In this document: piece after piece, positions 14,601-27,593 of the stretch | Layout of the letters: each line of letters starts with the position of its first letter | Numbering within the stretch: position 1 is the stretch's first letter | Assembly (NCBI RefSeq): GCF_009914755.1 | Contig: NC_060930.1 | Reading direction: 5' to 3' (one strand) | DNA length: 64,000 nucleotides | DNA from: the human T2T-CHM13v2.0 reference genome, Homo sapiens | Program-made: the position numbers and the translations under genes | The notes under the pieces: generated by a model | Seen by the model: only the letters and a program-made list of their open reading frames with translations | Databases searched by the model: none | What the model was told of the DNA's origin: nothing

Positions 14601-15354
14601 GTGTGCAAAAAACAAGTAGAGCAGGCTTTGAAAATTTTCTTTTAAAACCTCTTTGAATTTCTACCCTATAATATATGCATATTATAGGTCTCTTTTTAGA
14701 TAGAACTAGGGCTAATGGCGAGTCTCTCTGTGAGAGAGTTTGAGAAGTAAATAGTTTAGCAAAATTAGGGTTCTGTTAATAAGTTAGATTAAAATAATGG
14801 ATATTGTAACAGAGAACACATTGCATGAACAATTAATGCTTTTAGCAAAATTGGAACTCACTTATTCCCAATCTCTCACTATAAAGAATGACACAAGACA
14901 AAGTTTAGAAGAATAAGTTAGCCAAAGAAATGTTAAGGCAAGAAGACAAAGAGAAAGAAAAAACAAGGAGTCATTCAGATGTGCCAGTGCTGCATGAGGT
15001 CAAGAAGTTAAGTTTCACTGTCGGCAATCCAGCTGAGCTTCCTCAATAAACCACTGGAGGAGCTATGTGCCTCCCAAACAAGATCCTTCTCAAAATCTAA
15101 AACATTAAAATCCTTAAGTGAAGATAATATCTTAAAGTGCAGATAGCTGAGTTATTGGTAGCTACTATATCTCTAGGGAGACAGGTTTCATATACATCAA
15201 CAGCAGCTTCCTTTAAGTAATTTGCTGAGTATGATTTTCCAGTTGCAAGACTAGGGGACTCTACCTTACAGGCCCAAAGTAATTGTATTGCAAGAGATAA
15301 TGGCTACAAGAAGCTATGGCAGAACTGAAGTAAGAATGCCTTCTAATGGAGAAG

Positions 15355-15398
15355 TGTGTGTGTCTGTGTGTGCGTGTGCATGCGTGTGTGTGTGTGTG
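15355..15398. repeat. Imperfect (TG)n microsatellite
   Basis: Directly visible. Confidence 0.9.
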
Positions 15399-16916
15399 AT
15401 TGGGGGGCAGGATGGCCACATATATTCCACTCTCAGTGTAGCACCAGGACATTGGCTACTCAATGTTCACAGAAAAACTAGAAATTAAGACATTTTTAAT
15501 GTGCTGGATAAAAATAAGCCCTGAAGAATGGGCCTGCCATCACTACAGATTTTGAACACCCCAAGATAGCAGGATTATTCTAATGCTACATACTGGGAGA
15601 GATTTTTTTCTTCAACCTAGAGAATTTAAATTGTACCGTAATTAATTCCATGGTGAGATATTTCCCCTTACTGAATTTTAATTTATATATCTTGAAGGAT
15701 ATACTCCTGAGATAGAATGATTGACAAGCTGGTAAGCCTGAAACAAAGGTTCTTCTTGATTCTGTCTATTCTCCATTGCTCAGATATTATTGAGTCTTAA
15801 GCAAGAGTAATATCGGTCTACTTTGTGTTTTTTGGAAACTTCTTTTTGCTTGTTGTAACTACAATCTGGGAATTGCCTTATTGTCTTCATTTTGTAAATG
15901 TGCAACTTAATGCTAATACATTCCTTTGTTCCTAATGTATACTTTAGACTTTCTACAAATGGAGACACAGGATAAACTTAGCACGGGTAATCTGATTTCA
16001 GGGACATTGACAGAACTTCATCCCTTTCAGTGAGAGGCAGGTTGAAGCTGTTGAACTTTGATCAGGGATCTGATTTATAGTCCTGCTCTCCAGCTGAGAA
16101 TTAGCAGGATTAAAAAACAAAACAAAACAATGATGATTTCTGACTTCAACTTCAAGGTTTTGGACTTTCCTTGAACCTAATATGTAAAGGCAAGACAATT
16201 TCATCTTTGGAATTTATTTTATTTGAGTAGAAACTTAAGAATATGGGTTTTTGATTTCTGTGGACTTAGATTGGCAAGGATCTCATTTGTGACATTTTAG
16301 TTTCTCCTCAGAGATATGATGACGAGTGTTTATATTTAAATCAGGGATATCTCTATATTGCTGACATTAGAATGTTTTTATGCTGTCACTTAATTTAACA
16401 GCATAACTTATGGTGAGGTATCTTATGCAAAGTGTCCAGGTGTACTTTGAGAATAAGTAAAATGAGAATAAGGAACACTTTTTTGCCTTAGGGAACAGTA
16501 GGCTCTTCCTGTGTAATACTGACCCATTTCAGAGCCTTGGAGGTAAACGTTAAACACCTTCTGGGAGAAGAAGGAAACCCAAAGCAGGATTAGTGGCCGT
16601 TTGGGGAATGGCTCATGAAGTATGAGTGGGCTGTCTTCATAGAATGCTTCTTGCCTCTTCTGAGAGAGATAGCCACAGAGCCAGTGGAATACAGACCCAA
16701 GGGCTAAGTGCAATGAATTAAGCAAGCAAGGAGCTGAAATGTAATTAGGGGAGTTTCTCATTTCCTGACCTCGTTTTTCTATTTGGGAGGACTTCTTCTA
16801 TAGTGACACACTTGACACTCCCTCCTCTCCCTTTCTTATTCATTCATCCTTCATTAGAGAACTAATTTATATATTTAGGGAGTTTAAAGAAACATCTGGG
16901 CATGACTAGTCCATCT

Positions 16917-17352
16917 TCTAGTGGGTTGGAGAACATCCTCTCCAAAACTCATGTCCACCTGGAACATTAGAATCTGACCTTGTTTGGAAATGGGGTCGTT
17001 ACAGTTGTAATTAGTTAAGACAAAGCCACACTAGATTAGAATAGGCCCTAAATCCACTGACCAGTGTCCTTATAGGAAAAAGGACACATGGAGACAAGAG
17101 GGGAAAGGCCATATAATGACAGAGGCAGAGTTTGGAGCAATGCAGCTACAAGCCAAAGAATGTCAACGATTGCCTTGCTGTGAGCCACCAGAAGCTAGAA
17201 AAATGTAAGAAAGGATTCTTTCCCCCAGCTTTCAGAGACAGTATGATCCTTTGACACCTTAACTTTGAATTTCTAGCCTACGGAAGAGAATACATTTCTG
17301 TTGTTTAAGCCACCAAGTTTGTGGCAACTTATTATGGTAGCTTCAGGAAACA
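16917..17352 (+). mobile_element. MLT1B/MLT1C MaLR LTR
   Basis: gaccttgtttggaaatgggg...gcagctacaagccaaagaatg...ttctgttgtttaagccaccaagtttgtgg. Confidence 0.88.
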
Positions 17353-17649
17353 GTTCCTATTTTTCTTTTTTGGAGCCAGGTCTGTCTGCAAGAGGCATGC
17401 ATTCTGGTCTCCTTTCTGCCACGTGGTCATCTACCTGTGTCAGTGATGGGTGTTGAATCTTTGTAATTCAGGAGTATAACACTGATGAGTTCTTTAAAAT
17501 GCAAATCAAATACATGATTTCCATTTGTCTTAGTGACAAAGTTGAGATTTTGATCTTCTTTGATATGATCCACATTTATCTCACAGTTGATTCCTGATTC
17601 AAGAGGGAATGAAGAATGTTATTTACTATTCTCAGCAAAACTCCCAAAC

Positions 17650-17956
17650 TGTCAGCAGGGTTGGTTTCTGGTGAGGCCTCTTTTTCTGGCTTGTAGATGG
17701 CTGCCTACTTACTGTGTCCTCAATTGCCTTTCTCTGGGCACCCACAGAGAGACAGAGACAGAGATAGAGATAGAGAGAGAGATCTGATGTCTCTTCCTCT
17801 TCCTAAAAGGAAACCAGTCCTATTAGATCAAGGCCCACTCCTCTGTCCTCATTTAACCTCAATTACTACCACAAAAGCCCTATCTCCGAACACAGTCACA
17901 TTGGGGGTTAAAGCTTCAGTACATGAATTTGGGGAAACACAATTCAGTCCATAACA
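17650..17956 (-). mobile_element. MLT1A-type MaLR LTR, partial
   Basis: gtcagcagggttggtttctggtgaggcctct...catgaatttggggaaacacaattcagtccataaca. Confidence 0.85.
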
Positions 17957-19719
17957 ATTCCCATTATTTCCATCTTCTGAAATTCATTTCCAAACACAGC
18001 AGGATGTTCAGGGACACAATAATTATTTTACTTATCCTTTACACTCTCCCAAACCTCTTAATGACCTTTCTCCCCCAGCCTCCGTTGAGGTCTTCTTTAG
18101 TGTCTCTTGGTAGACAACCCCATTCTTTTCTATTCTTTTTTAAAGAAATTGAAGTCATTATTTGTGCCTCGACAGCCTGACAGATGTCTAAATCTTGCCC
18201 CTGACTATCTCTGAAACCTAAACTCTTGACTTCACCTATCCTGTAACATACATTAGAAAACACCATTTTCTTCTAGTTTTTAAATATATTTCATTGTTTT
18301 TTTTCTTACATCTAGTCATTTTCATTGCTGTCTCCTTTTCTAGAATGTCCCTCACTTCCTTTTACTTTTCAATGGAGGTGCATAACTGTATCCACTACAA
18401 TTTTTGTTTTTTTAAACAAGAAAGTTCTATAATGTACTATCCTTGCAAAACTTCATTAAAATGCAACCTAATTAGTTTAATTAACTTTAATAGAGGTTCA
18501 ATAATTAATTTCCAAAAACATAATAGTTAACATTTACTATATGAAAACATTTAATAAGCAATAGCAAGGCTTTCAATATAAACTATTTTCATAATAAAGT
18601 GAATATATTTTCTAATAATGCTGAACAGAAAAGTATGACCTAAAAGAAAGCCTAAACTTTGGCTATTTGCTCATTATAATTTGTGTTTTTGTTCTGTCTT
18701 TACAACTCATGGGATTATACAGTAGTGCTCTTTTAATATTTACAATTTGATGAATTTGTAAGAGAAAAGTGGTTAAATTTGACAGATTTTAGAAAAAAAG
18801 AATAAATTAATGCTTTCAGCAGTTCCGTTACCAAACATGTTGCATTTCCCTCTTCTAATTGCCATAACTTAAACCCTGGCTAGGGACAGAGTAACACATG
18901 AACCATTTCAATAACACTTCGAGGCAATACCATTTAAACAGCCTATAAATTCCACCTTATATTTGCTAAGAGTGTATTGTAAAGTGAGACACTTAATCTT
19001 GGCTGAATATCAGGGAAAAGGATACAAAGGTGGTTATCCCAATTATGCTATTGCTGTCCATTTGCTTTGACCTAAAATGGTTTCATTTATGAGAGACAAA
19101 TAAAGTTAGAATTAAAATAATACCTAGATAGATGCTCCTATTTAAAGCAGAGAAATCACTGCTTAAAAACTTTGTAATATACAACTGAAAGAAAATAATT
19201 TCTGTAAAGAAAATCCATTTTCAAAAACAGATGTATTTTTAAATATGAGTATTATCTGCAAAAGGGAGGCACCACCATGAGCCTGTGTCAGGTTCATTCT
19301 TACTAATGTTTATTACAAACAAGGCTTGACTGCCAGGTGACCTAACAGGGATTGACTGTTTAGTGTCTTCTAAGTGAAGGCCCAGAAATGTGCACTAAGA
19401 AAATGACAGGGATAATGAGATGAGTAAACTGTTTGGAGATCTGAAAGCAGGATAATTTTATTATGCCCGAAATAGTTACATCATATATCAAAATGAAGAA
19501 TATTAGCTGACTGGGGCAAATCATCTAGGAAAACCACAGGAAATGAAAACATCCAAATTGCTGATCAGAAATCATACACAAAGGATTTAAGAGGATTTCT
19601 GTGAAAGACAGCTGAAAATAGTACACAACGATGGCTAAGCTATAAGAACTGGAAGACAACAATCAGGCCTCAAAGTTCTATCATATTACTTACAAGATTT
19701 AGGTTTCTTGTCAAGTTAA

Positions 19720-19855
19720 TAAGTTAGTTTCTCCACCTCTACCACTGAGAAGATAGACAGATAGCCACTGTTATTGATATTCTTGCGATTAAATGAGATA
19801 TATGTAAAACACTTAGCACAGTATCTGGTACATAGAAATGGTCAATAAATATTAT
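19720..19855 (+). mobile_element. MIR 3' half
   Basis: gattaaatgagatatatgtaaaacacttagcacagtatctggtacatag. Confidence 0.7.
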
Positions 19856-20799
19856 AAAATATATATCCATTACTACTATTATTAGCATACAGAGTCTTAA
19901 ATCAGGTTGCTACTCAGACAGCAGTTTGAGATACATATAAAAATATTTTTTTGGTGACTAAGAGAGCTACACAGTACAATTGTGTATGAAATCTAGAGAG
20001 AAGTCAAGTGGAAAATCAATAATTAAAAAACAACATAAAATCCTGGCCGAAATGTAAAATTTATTGAATTGTAATGAAGAGGCTGTGTTCCATAAACTAC
20101 CTGTATGAATAGAACATGTGTACCTGTGGCCTCAATGTAAGGTCTATTGTTTGTGTGCTACAAATCATGAATCACATGCTGTGTAAAATAGTTCAAGAAA
20201 ATTAAGTGGAAGAGACAAAATCCTAACACTATGAGCTTTGGTATAAAAATAGTTTAATTGTTGTAGTTACATAAGCACAAGAGAACCTTATCATTTAGCC
20301 CCATAGTCATTTTATTCCATGCTATCAAACCTATGATGACTTCAGGACAAATATTACCCAATTCTTTGTAATCAGATTATTTTTGTTGCTAAAAATAATA
20401 ACACCTGCAAAAATATGAACAGAGACTATTATGATCAGGTTAAAATAATGTTGAAATTTTTATGGGATCCACTCACTACTCTCAGATCCTGGAGAGAAGT
20501 ATCACAATTACCTGGTCTTGCCTCAGTCCTGTAGGATACTAACTCTCTTGTCAGCACCATGTAAAAAGTGGCCATTAACTCTGTTTCTTTGCTCACAATC
20601 CTGACTTGAGTCCCTTCACTGACCCAATTCCTACTCCCTGCAATTTTCTGATCTGTTCCTCATTATTCTTGTTTCTGAACTTGAGACTCACTTTCCAGTT
20701 ATAACTTCACTTTTTTCCCTAATTTAAATTCAGCATCACTGCCAATAGTGCCCTTTTGTTTTGTCCTTTTGCAGGAGCTGAGTTTCTCCTTTGTCTCAG

Positions 20800-21074
20800 C
20801 TGCCATCAGCTGCCATGAGACAGTGAGATGCCAGACCCCTCATCCATCATGATTGCTTCCTTAACTCTCCATAGTTCCTATTTTCTTGGCTTCCCTGGCT
20901 ACAAGAACCTCCCAATTTTAGTCAGTAGTGGAGATGGATTTTAGACTGCTCTCCCATTCTCCCAGCTGCAGCACCCAAGTAAAGCCTTCCCTGGCAATAC
21001 TCATTGTCTCAGTGATAGGCATTCTTTGCTGTGAGCAGCAGGACCTAGACTGAGCCCCTGGCATTTCAGTAGCA
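20800..21074 (+). mobile_element. ERV LTR 3' half (family uncertain)
   Basis: ccagacccctcatccatcatgattgcttcc...taaagccttccctggcaatactcattgtctcagtga...gcagcaggacctagac...ttcagtagca is a typical LTR R/U5 end. Confidence 0.6.
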
Positions 21075-21519
21075 AAACTTCATAGAATTCCTTCCTGAGA
21101 ATTTGAGGTAAGATGTAGAAGGTAAGCATGGGGAAATAAAAGCATATCTCAGACCAACTAGGAGCATCAGTGTCATCATGACACCTCTTCTGGATCATTT
21201 GAATTCATACCTTCCAGTAAAGCTATTGTTTTATCCCAGATTCCTGCCAGCCAGTTATTTCAGCCTTGGCTCATACTTACAATGATTATTTTCTTAGCTT
21301 AAAATTATTCCTTCACATTCACTGTGAAAGAAATGACAGTGGAAAGGAAAGGGAATGGACATCATGTTTGAATTCTAAGACACTATCAATGTAAGAATGT
21401 GAGAAGCTGCATTAATTTAATATTAGCTTTATGGGGGAGAAACTTATAGGACACATCTTTATCACAGAAGGTTTAAGTGTAAAAATATTTCTGAATGAAT
21501 AAAATTTGGTAATAGCTAT

Positions 21520-21740
21520 AGACTGTTAAGTTTTATTGAATCAGGTACTGTGCTAGACACAGATTGCATGCACTAACTCATTTATTTCCCTCAATAGTCC
21601 TGTGTTACATTTAATTTTACCCATCCTGCAATTGAGGAAACTTTATTATACCCAGTGAGCTTTCTCAAGGTTACAGGGCTAGTAAGTGAAGAATAGTCTA
21701 TGTGTTTTAGACTCATATGCCAAGCTTGTGATTTTTCTCC
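21520..21740 (-). mobile_element. MIR
   Basis: caggtactgtgctag...attgaggaaact...ctcaaggttacagggctagtaagtg. Confidence 0.7.
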
Positions 21741-22669
21741 TGGTGCTGTGGTATATGAAACATTCCACCTATTAATCTCAAGAGCACTGGATGAGATAGG
21801 CATTTAAATGACCTCCTACAATGTAACCATCATCTTCCTCAGTAACTCATTCTCAAGATTACACAGCACCACTGCTGGGATCATTTTATCCTCAGAATTT
21901 GAAGCTAACATCCCAAACACCACATTTTATTTACTTCTCACATTTTTTTTAATCTTAGTAAATGCTTTCCTTTCCTCTCCAAATCCCTTCAAACTTTTTT
22001 TTGTCTTTTCCTCTGTAAGTCCCACGTGCATCTTCACTTTCTTTCTGCTGAACTTGACTCCTGTGACCCATCTCCATATATGCTCTTTCACCAGCAAACT
22101 TGGCTCCCTCATCCCCTTGTCCCTCTCTTGATAATTCCCAACTTAGAATCAATCCAATCATTTCTTGCTCTGCCAAGCACTGTGTTCAAAAAACCATACA
22201 ACTATTCCAAATGCATCTAATACAAATATGTAGTGTCCAACATAACTAGTTTCCCAGCACTGCTGAGAACCTGGTTTATACTTTCCCTGGATACCTTCCT
22301 TTCTCATGTCTAACTGTGGTTCCTCCAGACTCTCAGTATTCTCATTAAGTTGCTTACTCCCAGCCTGCCTCATTCTTAGATGATCAAGACTTTTCTTCCA
22401 GAAAGACAGAAGACTGAAGGCCCTCCATTTCAAAGCTCATCCTCCCTCATGTACATATATCATTTTCCCCAGATATCTGTAGCACTTACTCCTTCAACAC
22501 TTTAAAGACCTGACTTCACTGGTAACTTTTATTTTTTTTCAATTCCAACCCTCCTATTTAATTAAAAGCATCCTCTTCCACTGCTGACTTGGTCCTCCTG
22601 ATTCCTTTTGATCACTTTCTAACATGACCTTTTCAACATACTGTCCAATTTATTTATAATGTTCTACCC

Positions 22670-22783
22670 CCAGGTAGAATGTAAGCTCAACCGGGAGCTT
22701 TGTCTATTTTGTAAGCAGATGTATTACAAGCACCTGGCTCCTGGTAGGTACCAATAAATATTTGTTAAATGAATGAATAAATA
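22670..22783 (+). mobile_element. L2 3' end
   Basis: gtagaatgtaagctc...caataaatatttgttaaatgaatgaataaat. Confidence 0.75.
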
Positions 22784-23661
22784 TGCACAAGTGTTTTGAT
22801 TGCTTGTTTTCTTCCCCGTCCTTTCAGAGGAAGAGGTTCCTCAACCCACCTCTAGATAAGACTGATTATGACATCAGCTACTGGGAAAGGTGAGATAAAT
22901 TGCCTCTTTACATCTGAATTGTGATTTTTCATAATGATGTTAAGATTGCATACTTGAAGCCTAGTATGAGAAAGCTTTCTTATGCCTTCTTCTACCAAAC
23001 TACCTCAAGGACAGGGAATGCAGTGTGGAGACCCCCTTATCTCCTTTTATCTCTCAATATATTTGGACAGAACACATATCACTGCTGTGCACCATCTTTA
23101 TCAGTAAATATACTTCCCAAACAAATGCCCTCCAGGTTGATGCAAAGGGACTGATTTCTGCTGTATTTCATTTTCTTTCACAGCTTTGCAAAGATTTTTT
23201 TTTTGTCACTGAGACTGGATTTTGTGCAGATTACAGTCTACCAGAGACTTCACTGAAAGCAGCAAGTATATTTCTCTTTGGAACGCGAGTTGAACTTGAG
23301 TCACGGTCCCTAGAGAACAAGAAAAGTTGAGTGTAGAGTTGTAATAGAATCGACTATACCCTTTGGCTGAAAGCCATTTGCCCAGAATCCACAGCCTACC
23401 TACTGGAATACGCAATGTAAACAACTGCTATTTAACAATTGCCTGGGATAAAACACAACTGCAAGAAATTCTTTGTCTAATAGATTATATTTCTAAATGC
23501 TGGATTTCCAAGGTTTATCAAGAAACCCTTCTTAGAAGATTCATTGCATTTACTCTCAGTGCCTATGTCCCACAGAACAAATACATATTCTCTTAATGTT
23601 TAAAAATACTATTACTGACATTCTTCCCAATGTACTCTTGATGCAGAATAGCAGTTCCTTT

Positions 23662-23939
23662 TAGCTATAGTAGCAAGTGATTCTCATGACTCAGCCTCCC
23701 AAGTAGGTGGAATTACAGGCGTGAGCCACCACACCTGGCTTACTTTTGTTTTTTTAGTACAGCCGGAGTTTCACCATATTGGCCAGAGTGGTATCAAACT
23801 CTCGACCTCAGATGATCTGCCTACCCGGGCCTCTCAAAGCGCTGGGATTACAGGCATTAGCCACTGTGCCCAGCCTCCAATTACTCTTAATTTCTTAGCT
23901 CTCTTGAATGGCTTCACCTCCTTCCTTATCAAATATCAA
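23662..23939. repeat. Direct duplicate of 24740-25017 (partial AluS plus unique flank)
   Basis: Both copies start tagctatagtagcaagtgattctc and end ccttaYcaaatatcaa, 278 bp each. Confidence 0.92.
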
Positions 23940-24621
23940 TTACGATAGTTTTGTTTAATTTACTCTTGTGGTTATCTTTCATTCATAGCTTGATTTTTAT
24001 TTGTACCTGGGGTTGGCTTCATTTTGTCTATGTCAAAACACCTTTTTGATGTTTAAGTAAAATATTGCATGAAATAGAAACTTGATTGTGCTTTTATGAT
24101 ACTACTCTAATTTTTTAAGAGTGATAATTCAATTTCTGCAACCTTTATACATTGTTTGAATGGAATAACTGTCATCTGTTTGTTTGCTATGAGGTGGGGA
24201 TTGAGACAATTTATGATTAAATAAATTAGGTGTGGAATTGCTTTCTCTATTGTTCCTGCCAAAGGAGCTCCCTTTTTTCACTCTTTAAATAAACTATTGG
24301 ATTAGAGATCCCACTTCACTCAGGTTCTGACAAGGATGAACAAGCTGTCAGTCTCCAAATTACAAATGGATTGTATCACTAAAATGCATTTTTTATCTGC
24401 TTTTGGTTTTGTGAATCCCCAATAAGTTTTACTTGGCAATGATATTCTATACAAGTTAATATAAACCCCAAATTTTTCATGTGAGGAATGAATTGTGGGG
24501 GATATTTCAGGCTTTTTGCTCTTTCGTATTTCTTATTTTTTTCAGATTTTCTCTTCTATTTTTATTACACTTTCTCTTTGACATTTCTGAGGCTTTCTGT
24601 CCTTTGATTTCTCCAATTACT

Positions 24622-25083
<462 letters not shown>

Positions 25084-26189
25084 TGAAGTCATCATTTCTG
25101 CATCCTCTGCTCTGGCATATTTATGATCTGGGTCTTCACTTGAATAGGCAACAGTCTTTGGTAATCCTCTTTCAACCTTTCACAATTTTCTTTAGTTCTT
25201 CTGACTCATTCTCACTCCCATTCTTTCACTCTCAGAAGGAAATTTTTACTTTTTCCTTACAGAAAAATTAGAAACAACTGTCCTACATTCCCTAAATTTG
25301 CCATGTATGTAAACATTCGTCCTTACCTTACCTTATTTATACCTCTTTCAGAGGAAAAGTTGTTTTTTCTTGAACTGAGTTTAATCCTCCCATCTAGTCT
25401 TTGTATTTTTCCTTCACCCTTCCTAAACACCTTTCTTCAACACTAATCCTTTCTCATAGGTTTCATCCACTTATTCTCCATTGGCCCTTTTAAAATATGT
25501 ATTTGAAAGTACGCTCCTTGGCAGTTTATGGCAGCATAATTTAACAATATGTATTTGAAACATTTTCTCATGTTGATTTTTAAACAAATAAAAGAATTTC
25601 TCAGCTTTTTCTCTCCTTTCCCATTTTTACATCTCAGCCAGGCCTCTAAAAGATTGGTCCAGTGATGGAAGAGCTCCAGAAGTCAAGGTCCAGGATGTGA
25701 CCACGAAGACTGAACAATGTGACCCGTGTGCAGTGAACTGAAGGCAGACGGAACAGGACAAGAGAGAAATGAATTGAGGGACTATCATGCAAGATTGACT
25801 GTCAAAGCAAAGTTTAAAGTCACCTAAAATAAAAGTCCAATTTAACCAGATGGAAAAGACTATGACCAGGCACTAAAATATTAGTAAATGAGCAAGAGTA
25901 ATCAGAAAATCCATGGATGACTATGAAGGGGCTGCAAAGGGCTTGGCATAAACTGCCAAGGAGCATAATTTTTACTCATAGGAGACAAAAAATAGTGTAT
26001 AATTCAGAATGGAGATCAGAAGAAAGTCAACTCTGATTGCCAGATTCAAAGTCCATGGGATACTGGTGAACTTGCAGACTTCAAATGAAAGAGCTTCAGG
26101 AGAAAAATGGATTTTCATGGAAGAATCAACTTTCAGTTAATGTACAGAAGAGGAAAGGATGTTAAATGAAGAGCTCATAAATGAGGAAG

Positions 26190-26723
26190 AAGAGTTTCCT
26201 TAATGTTTTCTTTTAGTAGTTTCATAGTTTGAGGTCTCAGATTTAAGTATCGAATCCATTTTGATTTGGTTTTTGTATGTGTCGCGAGATAAGGGTCTGG
26301 TTTAATTTTTCTGCATACGGGGATCCAGTTTTCCCAGCACCATTTAGAGACTGTCCTTTCCCCAATATGTGTTCTTGGCACCTTTGTCAAAAATGAGTTT
26401 ACTATAGATGTGTGGATTTCTTTCTGAGCTCTCCATTCTGTTCCATTGATCTATGTGTTTGTTTTTATGCTAGTATCATGCTGTTTTAGTTACTATATAG
26501 ATCTACAGTATAATTTGATGTCAGGTATTGTACCTTGCACATTTAAAAATAACTTTAAAAGCATAATTGGAATGTTTGTAACACAAAGAAATGATAAATG
26601 CTTGAGGCAATGGATATCCCATTTACCCTGATGTGATTATTACACATCGTATGCCAGTATCAAAATATCTCATGTACACCATAAATATATACACCTACTA
26701 TGTAACCATAAAAATTCAAAATA
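26190..26723. mobile_element. Short 5'-inverted L1MA-type element (antisense ORF2 piece 26190-26527, sense 3' end 26528-26723)
   Basis: ORF 26175-26390 (KWCWENW...PQTMKLL) lies on the - strand. It is followed by a + strand L1MA 3' UTR (ccctgatgtgattattacacat...aaatatatacacctactatgta). Confidence 0.85.
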
Positions 26724-27030
<307 letters not shown>

Positions 27031-27593
27031 ATGAATAAGTTGGTAACTATAGATCAGAGTGTACCAAAGGCACATGGAGGGGAGTACTGAGCAATGAAGT
27101 TAGGCCAAGAAAGAAGGATCCTGGATCCTGGAGCAGTACGTGTAAGAGAACACAGATTACAGATGAGCAGAAAGGCTCAGACTTCGGCATTGAGCAAAGA
27201 TAACAGATTTGAGTAATGTCAGAGAAAACTGTCCACTAACTTTCAAAATTGGCCATAGCAGTATATTATTCATTTGGGAACGACTGGCCATGGCTTGGGT
27301 AACAATAATTCTGAAGGTATTTAACGAGAAAATTCTGACTTGGGTTGATTGCATTGGCTCTGATGATGGGCTCTGGGTGTAAGTTTTCTAAACACAGGCT
27401 CCCTCCACTGTACTATATAAGCTGAAGAGTGAGGGTAGAGATGTAATGGTTGGAGGTCTGATCATAGAAGCTGAGAGAAGCTCATCACTAATTCAAGCTT
27501 TATAAATCTATGGGAGTCACTGACCACCAGCACCTTCAGTGACAGTCTCCAGTCTTGTACTAATTGACTTGAGATGCAATGGGTTTGCATTAC

